Made by a program: the position numbers and the translations under genes. Below are positions 56,355 through 64,000 of a DNA stretch of 64,000 bases, piece by piece. Each line of letters begins with the position of its first letter. The stretch's first letter is position 1. Source of the stretch: Escherichia phage vB_EcoM_FJ1. The notes under the pieces were generated by a model that searched no databases, had not been told where the DNA came from, and worked only from the letters and a program-made list of their open reading frames with translations. The stretch is from sequence record MZ170040.1; one strand, written 5' to 3'.

Positions 56355-58349
56355 TTATGGATAGGTATAGATGATACCAGTTTCTAAAGCAGTTTTATGA
56401 ATGATGTATCCATTACGCGATTCTTGGACATCAACTTCTGGATAGTCTTTCATCATCTTCTGAAGAGTGTAACGATGCAGGTAGTATTTACTATCTGGAT
56501 CGTCAGTTTTCCAATCTTTACCTTCTTCGGTCATTTTTTGGATTTCATCCATAACCCACCAACCGCACCAGATGTAAGCTGAAGTGCGATGTGGAAGAGG
56601 ATGAACATAAGGCAATTCACCTTCTGGTTCTGGAGCAACTTTATCAGTTACCTGAACTTGACCTTCTGCTGTGATAGTTTTGCTATCATAATCAGTAGCA
56701 GTAACAGTTGCAGTAACTTCAATAGTTTGACTTCCAATAGATGATGTATCAACAGTGTATACATTAGTTGACCCTTCTACTGGAGAAGAATCTTTCTTCC
56801 ATGAATATTCGATTTGTGCTTCTTCTGGAGCATCCGTAACATTAGCAGTAAATGTAGCCGAAGCATCTTGCTGAACGTTAATAGAAGGAGGAGTCAATGT
56901 AACCCGTGGATTCATTGTTTTCTTATTAACAGTCAATGATACTTCATTAGAAGTAACTTCCTTTTCATTGTAATTTTCTGCAGTTACTTGCGCTACACAC
57001 TTAACTGTTTTAGCTCCAACTGTGGTAGGAGTATAGTTAAATGTAGTAGTAGTTTCTCCATCGACCAGAGAACCGTCAACATACCACTGATACGTAGCAG
57101 ACGCTCCTGGTGGCTGTGAAGCCAAGGCAGCAGTAAATTGAACTGGGGTTCCAATTACTGCTGCAGCAGGATTAGCAGGAGTTACGGCTAACGTAGTTGT
57201 CTGTGTTTTCTTATTAACTGTTAATGATACTTCATTAGAAGTAACTGTTTTTGCGTCATAATCTGTTGCTGTTACTTGCGCTACACATTTAATTCTTTTT
57301 ACTCCACTTGTAGTTGGAGTATAGCTAAATGTAGCAGAAGTCGCTTCACCAATTTGAGAATCATCTACATACCACTGATACGTAGCAGATGCCCCATCAG
57401 GTTGAGAAGCTAAGGCAGCAGTAAATTCAACGGCTGTTCCAATTACTCCTGCTGGAGGACTATCAGGAGTTACAGATAGGGTAGTCGTTTGTGTTTTCTT
57501 GTTAACAGTCAAAGATACTTCATTCGAAGTAACTTCCTTTTCATTGTAATTTTCAGCAGTTACTTGGGCTACGCATTTAATTCTTTTAACCCCACTTGTA
57601 GTTGGAGTGTAATTGAACGTAGCATTAGTTTCTCCACCAACTTGTGAATCATCTACATACCACTGATACGTAGCAGATGCTCCTAGCGGCTGCGAAGCTA
57701 AGGCAGCAGTAAATTGAACTGGGGTTCCAATTACTCCTGCTGGAGGACTATCAGGAGTTACTGCCAAAGTAGTCGTCTGCGTCTTTTTATTAACAGTCAG
57801 TGATACTTCATTAGAAGTAACGCTTAGTGTATCATAATCTGCCGCAGTTACTTGAGCTACACACTTGATTTTTTTAACTCCGCTTGTGTCAGGAGTGTAA
57901 TTGAATGTAGCGTCAGTTGCTTCGTCTACAGGAGAACCGTCAACGTGCCATTGATACGTAGCGTTTGCACCTGATGGCTGTGAAGCTAAGGCAGCGGTAA
58001 ATTGAACTGGGGTTCCAATCACTCCAGCATCAGGGCTACCAGGAGTTACTGCCAACGTAGTTGACTGAGTTTTATTTTGAACTGTGATAGTTGTACTAAT
58101 TTCAGCTGTTTCAGGTTCAGATTCTGCAACTTGATTGGTTGCAACTACTTTAATAGTCTTTTGACCGGCAGGTCCTTTTAGTACATAACTAAAAGTTGCT
58201 GACGTTTCTTCCTGTGGAGCGTCGTCTACAGTCCAAGCATATGTAATAGGTCCATCTCCAGTTTGACCACTGGGTGTAGCAGTAAACTGCTGAGTCTGAT
58301 CTATAACTCCAGTAGGTGTTTTAGGAGTTATATCAACTGTAAAAGTCAT
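56355..58349 (-). CDS. hoc: Hoc (highly immunogenic outer capsid protein), expanded to ~6 Ig-like domains
   Basis: 664 aa; six ~95-aa Ig-like units, four near-identical; C-terminal capsid-binding-like domain; hoc position between rnlB side and inh. Confidence 0.85.
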   Translation of the reverse strand: MTFTVDITPKTPTGVIDQTQQFTATPSGQTGDGPITYAWTVDDAPQEETSATFSYVLKGPAGQKTIKVVATNQVAESEPETAEISTTITVQNKTQSTTLAVTPGSPDAGVIGTPVQFTAALASQPSGANATYQWHVDGSPVDEATDATFNYTPDTSGVKKIKCVAQVTAADYDTLSVTSNEVSLTVNKKTQTTTLAVTPDSPPAGVIGTPVQFTAALASQPLGASATYQWYVDDSQVGGETNATFNYTPTTSGVKRIKCVAQVTAENYNEKEVTSNEVSLTVNKKTQTTTLSVTPDSPPAGVIGTAVEFTAALASQPDGASATYQWYVDDSQIGEATSATFSYTPTTSGVKRIKCVAQVTATDYDAKTVTSNEVSLTVNKKTQTTTLAVTPANPAAAVIGTPVQFTAALASQPPGASATYQWYVDGSLVDGETTTTFNYTPTTVGAKTVKCVAQVTAENYNEKEVTSNEVSLTVNKKTMNPRVTLTPPSINVQQDASATFTANVTDAPEEAQIEYSWKKDSSPVEGSTNVYTVDTSSIGSQTIEVTATVTATDYDSKTITAEGQVQVTDKVAPEPEGELPYVHPLPHRTSAYIWCGWWVMDEIQKMTEEGKDWKTDDPDSKYYLHRYTLQKMMKDYPEVDVQESRNGYIIHKTALETGIIYTYP
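56936..58076 (-). repeat. ~285-bp coding tandem repeats (4 copies) inside hoc
   Basis: DNA-level near-identical units (e.g. ...gatacttcattagaagtaac...gttacttg(c/a)gctacaca(c/t)tt...) each encoding one Ig-like domain. Confidence 0.8.
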
Positions 58350-58358
58350 AAGTTATCC

Positions 58359-59039
58359 TTATTTTAATGTTACGAAAGAAGAATTGCGTGTTTCACGAAT
58401 TAAAACTGATCCGTCACGGTTAATGTAATAAATTAAGCTAAATAAAGTTTGGTGTGCTGACGCATGCTCAAAACTAGTTGGGTGAGATTTCCAATCCGGA
58501 GTTTCAGCAATCCATTGATAAATCCACCAAGGAACAGTGCAGAATCCTGGATTTTTTCCAATCAACTGAAGATTAGGACTAAAGTTTTCCGGAAGAGTAA
58601 ATACAGACGGCTTTTCAGATTCAATAATCTCAGCTACAGCCTGTTCAAACTTTTCTTCAACAAAGGGAGTATCTTCAATCAAAACTGAAGTATTTTCAGG
58701 AATTTTATCCGTTTCTACTACTTCAATTTTAATGTCAGATTTAACCGGAGAATCAATCAGAAGTGCTGCTTCTGGATTGACTTCTTCATCGTCATATTTT
58801 AACCCCTCTGCAGCATCAGCAGCATCAATTAAGTCTTTAATAGATAACCCATCAGTCTCTGGCATAGGTTCACTAGCAAGCTTCTGGAGGGCTTCTTCAA
58901 TATCAACAACGATATTATCAAAAGATTTATTCTTTTTGACCTTTATACCAAACTGTTCAGCATATTCAGCTAATTTAGCTTTAGCTTCTTTATTATCATC
59001 AAGAGCCTTCAGCTCTGCAATATAATCTTTATCTATCAT
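58359..59039 (-). CDS. inh: Inh-like protein (inhibitor of prohead protease gp21)
   Basis: 226 aa acidic protein adjacent to hoc, as T4 inh. Confidence 0.65.
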   Translation of the reverse strand: MIDKDYIAELKALDDNKEAKAKLAEYAEQFGIKVKKNKSFDNIVVDIEEALQKLASEPMPETDGLSIKDLIDAADAAEGLKYDDEEVNPEAALLIDSPVKSDIKIEVVETDKIPENTSVLIEDTPFVEEKFEQAVAEIIESEKPSVFTLPENFSPNLQLIGKNPGFCTVPWWIYQWIAETPDWKSHPTSFEHASAHQTLFSLIYYINRDGSVLIRETRNSSFVTLK

Positions 59040-59052
59040 AATATTTCCTCAG

Positions 59053-59060
59053 TATAAATA
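59053..59060 (+). promoter_or_regulatory. T4 late promoter box upstream of segE-like gene
   Basis: TATAAATA ~28 nt upstream of ATG. Confidence 0.55.
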
Positions 59061-59088
59061 TAGATATATTTATTACTCGGAAAATAGT

Positions 59089-59706
59089 ATGTACCACTTT
59101 GTATATGAAACAACAAATCTAATAAATGGTAAAAAGTATATAGGAAAGCACTCTACTGATGACTTGAATGATGGTTACCTTGGTTCCGGTAAGGCAATTC
59201 AGCAGGCTATAAAGAAATATGGTGAAAACAATTTCTCTAGAACAATACTAAAAGAGTTTAAAACTTCCGAAGAAGCGTACATGTATGAAGAAAAAATTAT
59301 AACTCCTGAACTAATAAAAAGCAAAAATTACTATAATATGAAACCTGGTGGAATTGGTGGAATTGTTATGACTACAGATGTTATAGCAAAGATGAAAGAA
59401 TCTTCCGCTAAAAGATTTGAAAACTCACCGGGCACGGTATTAGGTAAAACTTGTTATACTAATGGAACTAAAAATATTTTTATTAAACCTGGAGAACTTG
59501 TTCCAGAAGGATTTGTAAAAGGGATGGTTCATCCTAATAGAAAGTCCAGAAAAGGATGTAAAGTCAAACCGACTACCACAGGAACTTTTTGGGTCAATAA
59601 TGGCGCAATAAATAAATTAATACAACCAGACGGTATTATTCCCGACGGATTTATTAAAGGTCGTCTCATGAAAAGAGATTCTAAAGGCAAATTTAGTAAG
59701 GCATAA
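59089..59706 (+). CDS. segE: GIY-YIG homing endonuclease (SegE-like)
   Basis: 205 aa; MYHFVYETTNLINGKKYIGKHS...GYLGSG; between inh and uvsW like T4 segE; TATAAATA upstream. Confidence 0.75.
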   Translation: MYHFVYETTNLINGKKYIGKHSTDDLNDGYLGSGKAIQQAIKKYGENNFSRTILKEFKTSEEAYMYEEKIITPELIKSKNYYNMKPGGIGGIVMTTDVIAKMKESSAKRFENSPGTVLGKTCYTNGTKNIFIKPGELVPEGFVKGMVHPNRKSRKGCKVKPTTTGTFWVNNGAINKLIQPDGIIPDGFIKGRLMKRDSKGKFSKA

Positions 59707-59708
59707 TT

Positions 59709-61217
59709 ATGGATATTAAAGTACATTTTCACGACTTCAGTCATGTACGCATCGATTGTGAAGAGAGCACGTTCCACGAATTAAGAGATTTCTTTTCGTT
59801 TGAGGCCGATGGATATAGATTTAATCCTCGCTTCAGATATGGCAACTGGGATGGACGAATCCGTCTTTTAGATTATAATCGTCTTCTTCCATTTGGCTTA
59901 GTCGGGCAAATTAAAAAGTTCTGTGATAACTTTGGCTATAAAGCCTGGATTGACCCGCAAATTAACGAAAAAGAAGAATTATCAAGAAAAGATTTTGATG
60001 AATGGCTTTCTAAATTAGAAATCTATTCAGGAAATAAAAGAATTGAACCGCACTGGTATCAAAAAGATGCAGTGTTCGAAGGATTAGTTAATCGTCGTAG
60101 AATTCTTAATCTTCCAACATCCGCTGGTAAATCTTTAATTCAAGCTTTGCTTGCGCGATATTATTTGGAAAATTATGAAGGTAAAATTCTTATCATTGTT
60201 CCAACAACTGCTCTGACAACTCAGATGGCTGATGACTTCGTCGACTATCGTTTATTCAGTCATGCAATGATAAAGAAAATTGGCGGCGGAGCATCAAAAG
60301 ATGATAAATATAAAAATGATGCACCAGTCGTTGTTGGTACATGGCAAACTGTAGTAAAACAACCGAAAGAATGGTTCTCACAGTTTGGAATGATGATGAA
60401 TGATGAATGCCATCTTGCTACAGGAAAAAGTATTTCATCTATCATATCAGGTTTAAATAACTGTATGTTTAAATTTGGTTTGTCTGGTTCATTACGTGAC
60501 GGCAAAGCCAATATCATGCAGTATGTTGGAATGTTTGGTGAAATATTTAAGCCAGTAACGACCTCTAAATTAATGGAAGATGGACAAGTAACTGAGTTAA
60601 AAATTAATAGTATTTTTCTTCGCTATCCCGATGAGTTCACTACTAAATTAAAGGGAAAAACTTATCAAGAAGAAATAAAAATTATTACTGGGCTTAGTAA
60701 AAGAAATAAATGGATCGCTAAATTAGCTATTAAGCTTGCACAAAAAGATGAAAACGCTTTTGTCATGTTTAAACATGTATCGCATGGTAAAGCTATTTTC
60801 GATTTAATTAAAAATGAATACGATAAAGTTTATTACGTATCAGGGGAAGTTGATACCGAAACCCGCAATATAATGAAAACCTTAGCTGAAAATGGTAAAG
60901 GAATAATTATAGTAGCGAGTTATGGTGTATTTTCTACTGGTATTTCAGTTAAAAATCTGCATCATGTTGTTTTAGCGCACGGCGTTAAATCAAAAATCAT
61001 TGTATTACAAACAATCGGTCGTGTATTACGTAAGCATGGTTCTAAGACAATAGCAACTGTCTGGGACCTCATAGATGATTGTGGCGTTAAGCCAAAATCT
61101 GCTAATACGAAAAAGAAATATGTTCATTTGAACTATCTTTTAAAACACGGCATTGATCGTATTCAGCGCTACGCAGATGAAAAATTTAATTACGTAATGA
61201 AAACAGTTAATTTATAA
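59709..61217 (+). CDS. uvsW: UvsW helicase (SF2)
   Basis: 502 aa; Walker A PTSAGKS, DExH-like MMNDECH. Confidence 0.9.
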   Translation: MDIKVHFHDFSHVRIDCEESTFHELRDFFSFEADGYRFNPRFRYGNWDGRIRLLDYNRLLPFGLVGQIKKFCDNFGYKAWIDPQINEKEELSRKDFDEWLSKLEIYSGNKRIEPHWYQKDAVFEGLVNRRRILNLPTSAGKSLIQALLARYYLENYEGKILIIVPTTALTTQMADDFVDYRLFSHAMIKKIGGGASKDDKYKNDAPVVVGTWQTVVKQPKEWFSQFGMMMNDECHLATGKSISSIISGLNNCMFKFGLSGSLRDGKANIMQYVGMFGEIFKPVTTSKLMEDGQVTELKINSIFLRYPDEFTTKLKGKTYQEEIKIITGLSKRNKWIAKLAIKLAQKDENAFVMFKHVSHGKAIFDLIKNEYDKVYYVSGEVDTETRNIMKTLAENGKGIIIVASYGVFSTGISVKNLHHVVLAHGVKSKIIVLQTIGRVLRKHGSKTIATVWDLIDDCGVKPKSANTKKKYVHLNYLLKHGIDRIQRYADEKFNYVMKTVNL

Positions 61218-61242
61218 GGGCTTCGGCCCTTTGGAGAAAAAG

Positions 61243-61473
61243 ATGTTACTAGGATTTAAACAATTTCTTTATGAAGCTTCTATTGATGAATTTATGGGTA
61301 AAATTGCCTCTTGTCAAACATTAGAAGGTTTAGAAGAACTTGAAGCTTATTATAAGAAAAGAGTCAAAGAAACTGAATTAAAAGATACTGATGACATCTC
61401 TGTAAGAGATGCTTTGGCAGGAAAAAGAGCTGAATTAGAAGATTCAGACGATGAAGTAGAAGAAAGCTTTTAA
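61243..61473 (+). CDS. uvsW.1: UvsW.1 small acidic protein
   Basis: 76 aa from ATG (MLLGFKQFLYEA...); track start is an upstream TTG. Confidence 0.7.
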   Translation: MLLGFKQFLYEASIDEFMGKIASCQTLEGLEELEAYYKKRVKETELKDTDDISVRDALAGKRAELEDSDDEVEESF

Positions 61474-61528
61474 ATTAAAAAAGGCCCAACCAAAAAGGAA
61501 GGGCCAAAACTATAGACTAAAGGTCACA

Positions 61529-61696
61529 CTATAGCAAAAGTTGTGTTTCATTTAATTGTTCTTCCGAACTTTCTGAAACTGGTAGTTCTTTAATGTAATT
61601 ATAGCAAGGCCCAGGATGTACAGGACCTTTGTCTGTTTCAACAACCAATGCAGAATCGATTGGAGTTTTACAGACAACACAAATCTTATCTGACAT
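61529..61696 (-). CDS. uvsY.-2-like small Cys-containing protein (~55 aa)
   Basis: Hand-translated (MSDKICVVCKTPIDSALVVETDKGPVHPGPCYNY...); GAGGAG SD; not in ORF track. Confidence 0.45.
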   Translation of the reverse strand: MSDKICVVCKTPIDSALVVETDKGPVHPGPCYNYIKELPVSESSEEQLNETQLLL

Positions 61697-61724
61697 GATT
61701 GTCTCCTCTGAATTATATATCTAT

Positions 61725-61949
61725 TTATACAACTCTCATATGCATATCAATGCCCATATCTTTAGAATAAAAATACTCATCAAGATACCCGGCAAATTTT
61801 CCTTTAATATAAAGGACATCTTCACCACACGGGTGATCGGCCAGGATACGAATATCCTGACGCTTAAGATTATGCTTTTTCATTAAGAATTGAATTTCCG
61901 TTTCAAATTCTTCTTCATAATTAAAAGCATCATCAATGCTATATCTCAT
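61725..61949 (-). CDS. uvsY.-1-like protein
   Basis: 74 aa; start overlaps uvsY stop. Confidence 0.6.
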   Translation of the reverse strand: MRYSIDDAFNYEEEFETEIQFLMKKHNLKRQDIRILADHPCGEDVLYIKGKFAGYLDEYFYSKDMGIDMHMRVV

Positions 61950-62362
61950 TATTTTCCAGCCTCAAATGCTCGCATGTCTTGAATATGCTTAATAGCAAAT
62001 CCACGCGATTTAATAGCATCAAGAGCTCCGCTACAGAAATCTAATAAAATTCCCCAATATTGTAATGAAGTATCAACCTTTAAAACATCCTTATCAGCTG
62101 ATAGAACTGTTTTCATTTCTGATTTCTCGTAACGATCCATACTAAATTCATCACCATCTCCTCGTCCCGAGTAGTAGTCTAATTTAGCTTTAAGAGCAAC
62201 TTTTTTCTGTGCATCAATTCTAAGCATTTCCTTTTTAATACTTGAATGCTTATTGAGCCATTTACTATATAACATCACATTATTAGCTGCTTCATACTGT
62301 AATTTAGTCGAATCTATAAACACATCTTTCTTCAATTCTTCTTGAAGATCTTCTAATCTCAT
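61949..62362 (-). CDS. uvsY: UvsY recombination mediator
   Basis: 137 aa (same as T4 UvsY). Confidence 0.95.
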   Translation of the reverse strand: MRLEDLQEELKKDVFIDSTKLQYEAANNVMLYSKWLNKHSSIKKEMLRIDAQKKVALKAKLDYYSGRGDGDEFSMDRYEKSEMKTVLSADKDVLKVDTSLQYWGILLDFCSGALDAIKSRGFAIKHIQDMRAFEAGK

Positions 62363-62428
62363 ATTGTTCTCTATTCAATTGTTATTGGATGGACTTAGAT
62401 TCATTATACCACGTTTTAACGTGAAGCA

Positions 62429-62827
62429 TTATACCCTATTACTCGAAGCCAGTTGCAGTTTTATCTGCTCAATATCATCAGGGTTATCGATGACCGAAAA
62501 GCGTATTTCTACTATCAGAGTATAATCATCATAAACTGGTATCACATTAACTGATAATTTATCAATACGTGGCTCATAGTTTCTTACTGCGCTTTCAATA
62601 TTGCGCTCAACTGTGTCAGCAGTAAGAGGAGTCATATTTTCAAAAAGCTGGTCTGATAAATCACATCCAAATTCAGGGTCAAACGGTCTTGAACCTTTTC
62701 TTGTTGTAATAATTCCCAAAAGACTGTTTTTAATTGACCTTAATCCAAGTGATCTGGAAACATCTTTGTTCCAATCCATTTTCATTTCCGGGTCAATATC
62801 AGAATAAAGCTTATTAATATTTGCCAT
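62429..62827 (-). CDS. 25: gp25 baseplate wedge protein
   Basis: 132 aa (same as T4). Confidence 0.93.
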   Translation of the reverse strand: MANINKLYSDIDPEMKMDWNKDVSRSLGLRSIKNSLLGIITTRKGSRPFDPEFGCDLSDQLFENMTPLTADTVERNIESAVRNYEPRIDKLSVNVIPVYDDYTLIVEIRFSVIDNPDDIEQIKLQLASSNRV

Positions 62828-63453
62828 TATAGTAACTCAAAGAACTCTTTGAGGCCTCTTATTACGTGAGCATGGGTTTTTCCACACTCTGGACACTTAA
62901 TTGGAACAGCCAAATAAACGGTAGGTTTTAAAAGCATATCTTTTATAGCTACAATATCTGACTCTGTGATGATAGAATATAAATCTTCCAACTCTTTTTC
63001 ATTTAAGTCTTCAATTGGAATGCTTTCACCGTTAGCATGAATCGTTTCTATACATGATACTATCATGTGGGCTATATTTTTATCATCAAAAATTTTAGGG
63101 TAATGGAACTTAATTTTAATGTCACCTAGTGTATACCAGAGGTCTTCTGGTGCATCTATTTGCGTATGTAATAGATTTATATGGGTTGGTATTTCAGTTC
63201 CACAGGTGCACTTCCAGGAGTTTTCGTGATTAACTTCTCCAAGAGAATGCGCCCATAAATGAATCAACAATAGTTCTGATTCTTGGCGGTTTAAATCTTT
63301 TGCATTTGTGCAGTCTTTGATTAGCTTTTTAACAATTACTTCTACGGAACCATTATTTTTAGCAGTAATAAGTTCTAGATATTCTTTAAGCGTGAATGCG
63401 CGACAATTGATTATTTTAGAACCAACTCTCACATCAAATTTGTATTCATACAT
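62827..63453 (-). CDS. 26: gp26 baseplate hub protein
   Basis: 208 aa (same as T4). Confidence 0.9.
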   Translation of the reverse strand: MYEYKFDVRVGSKIINCRAFTLKEYLELITAKNNGSVEVIVKKLIKDCTNAKDLNRQESELLLIHLWAHSLGEVNHENSWKCTCGTEIPTHINLLHTQIDAPEDLWYTLGDIKIKFHYPKIFDDKNIAHMIVSCIETIHANGESIPIEDLNEKELEDLYSIITESDIVAIKDMLLKPTVYLAVPIKCPECGKTHAHVIRGLKEFFELL

Positions 63454-63474
63454 ATTTAGCTCCTTTATTTATCA

Positions 63475-63486
63475 TATTTATAAATA
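63475..63486. promoter_or_regulatory. Overlapping divergent late promoter boxes for genes 26 (minus) and 51 (plus)
   Basis: Sequence TATTTATAAATA contains TATAAATA on both strands between the divergent starts. Confidence 0.55.
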
Positions 63487-63503
63487 GAATAAAAGGAGCA
63501 TCT

Positions 63504-64000
63504 ATGGCAAACATTATTCGTTGTAAATTACCAGATGGTGTTCATCGTTTTAAACCATTTACGGTAGAAGATTATCGAGATTTTTTGTTAGTTCGAAACG
63601 ATATAGAACATCGGTCACCACAAGAACAAAAAGAAATAATTACTGATTTAATTGATGATTATTTTGGAGACTATCCGAAGACTTGGCAACCATTTATATT
63701 TTTGCAGGTATTTGTAGGGTCAATAGGTAAAACAAAAGTACCAGTCACATTCGTATGTCCAAAATGTAAAAAAGAAAAGACAGTTCCATTTGAAATATAT
63801 CAAAAAGAATTAAAGGAACCTGTTTTTGATGTAGCTAATGTTAAAATTAAATTAAAGTTTCCTTCTGAGTTTTATGAAAATAAAGCAAAGATGATTACTG
63901 AAAATATTCATTCCGTTCAAGTAGATGAAATGTGGTATGACTGGAAGGAAATTAGCGAATCAAGTCAAATAGAACTTGTTGATGCCATCGAGATAGAAAC
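63504..64000 (+). CDS. 51: gp51 baseplate hub assembly catalyst (5' part, truncated by window end)
   Basis: ATG with AAGGAG SD, ORF open to window end ([19 protein letters not shown]...); divergent from 26 as in T4. Confidence 0.7.
   Translation, partial: MANIIRCKLPDGVHRFKPFTVEDYRDFLLVRNDIEHRSPQEQKEIITDLIDDYFGDYPKTWQPFIFLQVFVGSIGKTKVPVTFVCPKCKKEKTVPFEIYQKELKEPVFDVANVKIKLKFPSEFYENKAKMITENIHSVQVDEMWYDWKEISESSQIELVDAIEIE

Noticed and set aside
56936-58076. Tandem repeats as a possible CRISPR array or mobile element
   Set aside because: The repeats are ~285 bp, in-frame, and encode Ig-like domains of Hoc; there are no spacers, short direct repeats or cas genes.
61629-61886. Plus-strand ORF 61629..61886
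   Set aside because: It overlaps uvsY.-1 and uvsY.-2 on the minus strand, which fit the T4 layout; it has no SD and a low-complexity sequence.

Overview
This window is a contiguous stretch of a T4-like (T-even, Tequatrovirus-type) myophage genome. It is a close relative of T4 but not T4 itself: lysozyme e differs from the T4 protein at a few residues, there is no segD between genes 23 and 24, there is an extra class-II tRNA, and the internal-protein (IP) genes are arranged differently. Layout: (i) 1-24.75 kb, leftward (minus-strand) early/middle genes in T4 order: accessory ORFs, rI.-1, rI, tk, macro-domain protein, two secreted proteins, regB, small vs-region ORFs, GrcA-like glycyl-radical cofactor, IP-like gene, denV, e, nudE, a paralogous membrane-protein family, another IP-like gene, RNA C/D-like region, tRNA-Arg, segB, eight tRNAs, a third IP-like gene, 57B (Acb1), 57A, 1, 3, 2, 4. 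(ii) 24.8-54.7 kb, rightward late structural block with T4 gene order and near-identical protein lengths: 53, 5, 5.1-like, 5.4, 6-12, wac, 13-20, 67, 68, 21-24. (iii) 54.8-64 kb: rnlB, two small ORFs, an enlarged hoc, inh (minus); segE-like, uvsW, uvsW.1 (plus); uvsY.-2, uvsY.-1, uvsY, 25, 26 (minus); start of 51 (plus, truncated). About ten minus-strand early promoters share a conserved sequence block, and TATAAATA late promoters precede most late genes. I found no CRISPR array, integrase or transposase. The most interesting candidates for undescribed biology are in the hypervariable accessory islands: a nucleotidyltransferase-fold/membrane-protein operon (2.3-5.1 kb), three IP-like genes with capsid-targeting N-termini, a four-gene paralogous family after nudE, and a Hoc with tandemly amplified Ig-like domains. 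All homology statements come from reading the translations and from memory of T4 biology; no database search was run. CDS coordinates follow the supplied ORF track, with starts moved in-frame to ATG where the track began at TTG/GTG. Hand-located RNA, promoter and terminator coordinates may be off by 1-2 nt.
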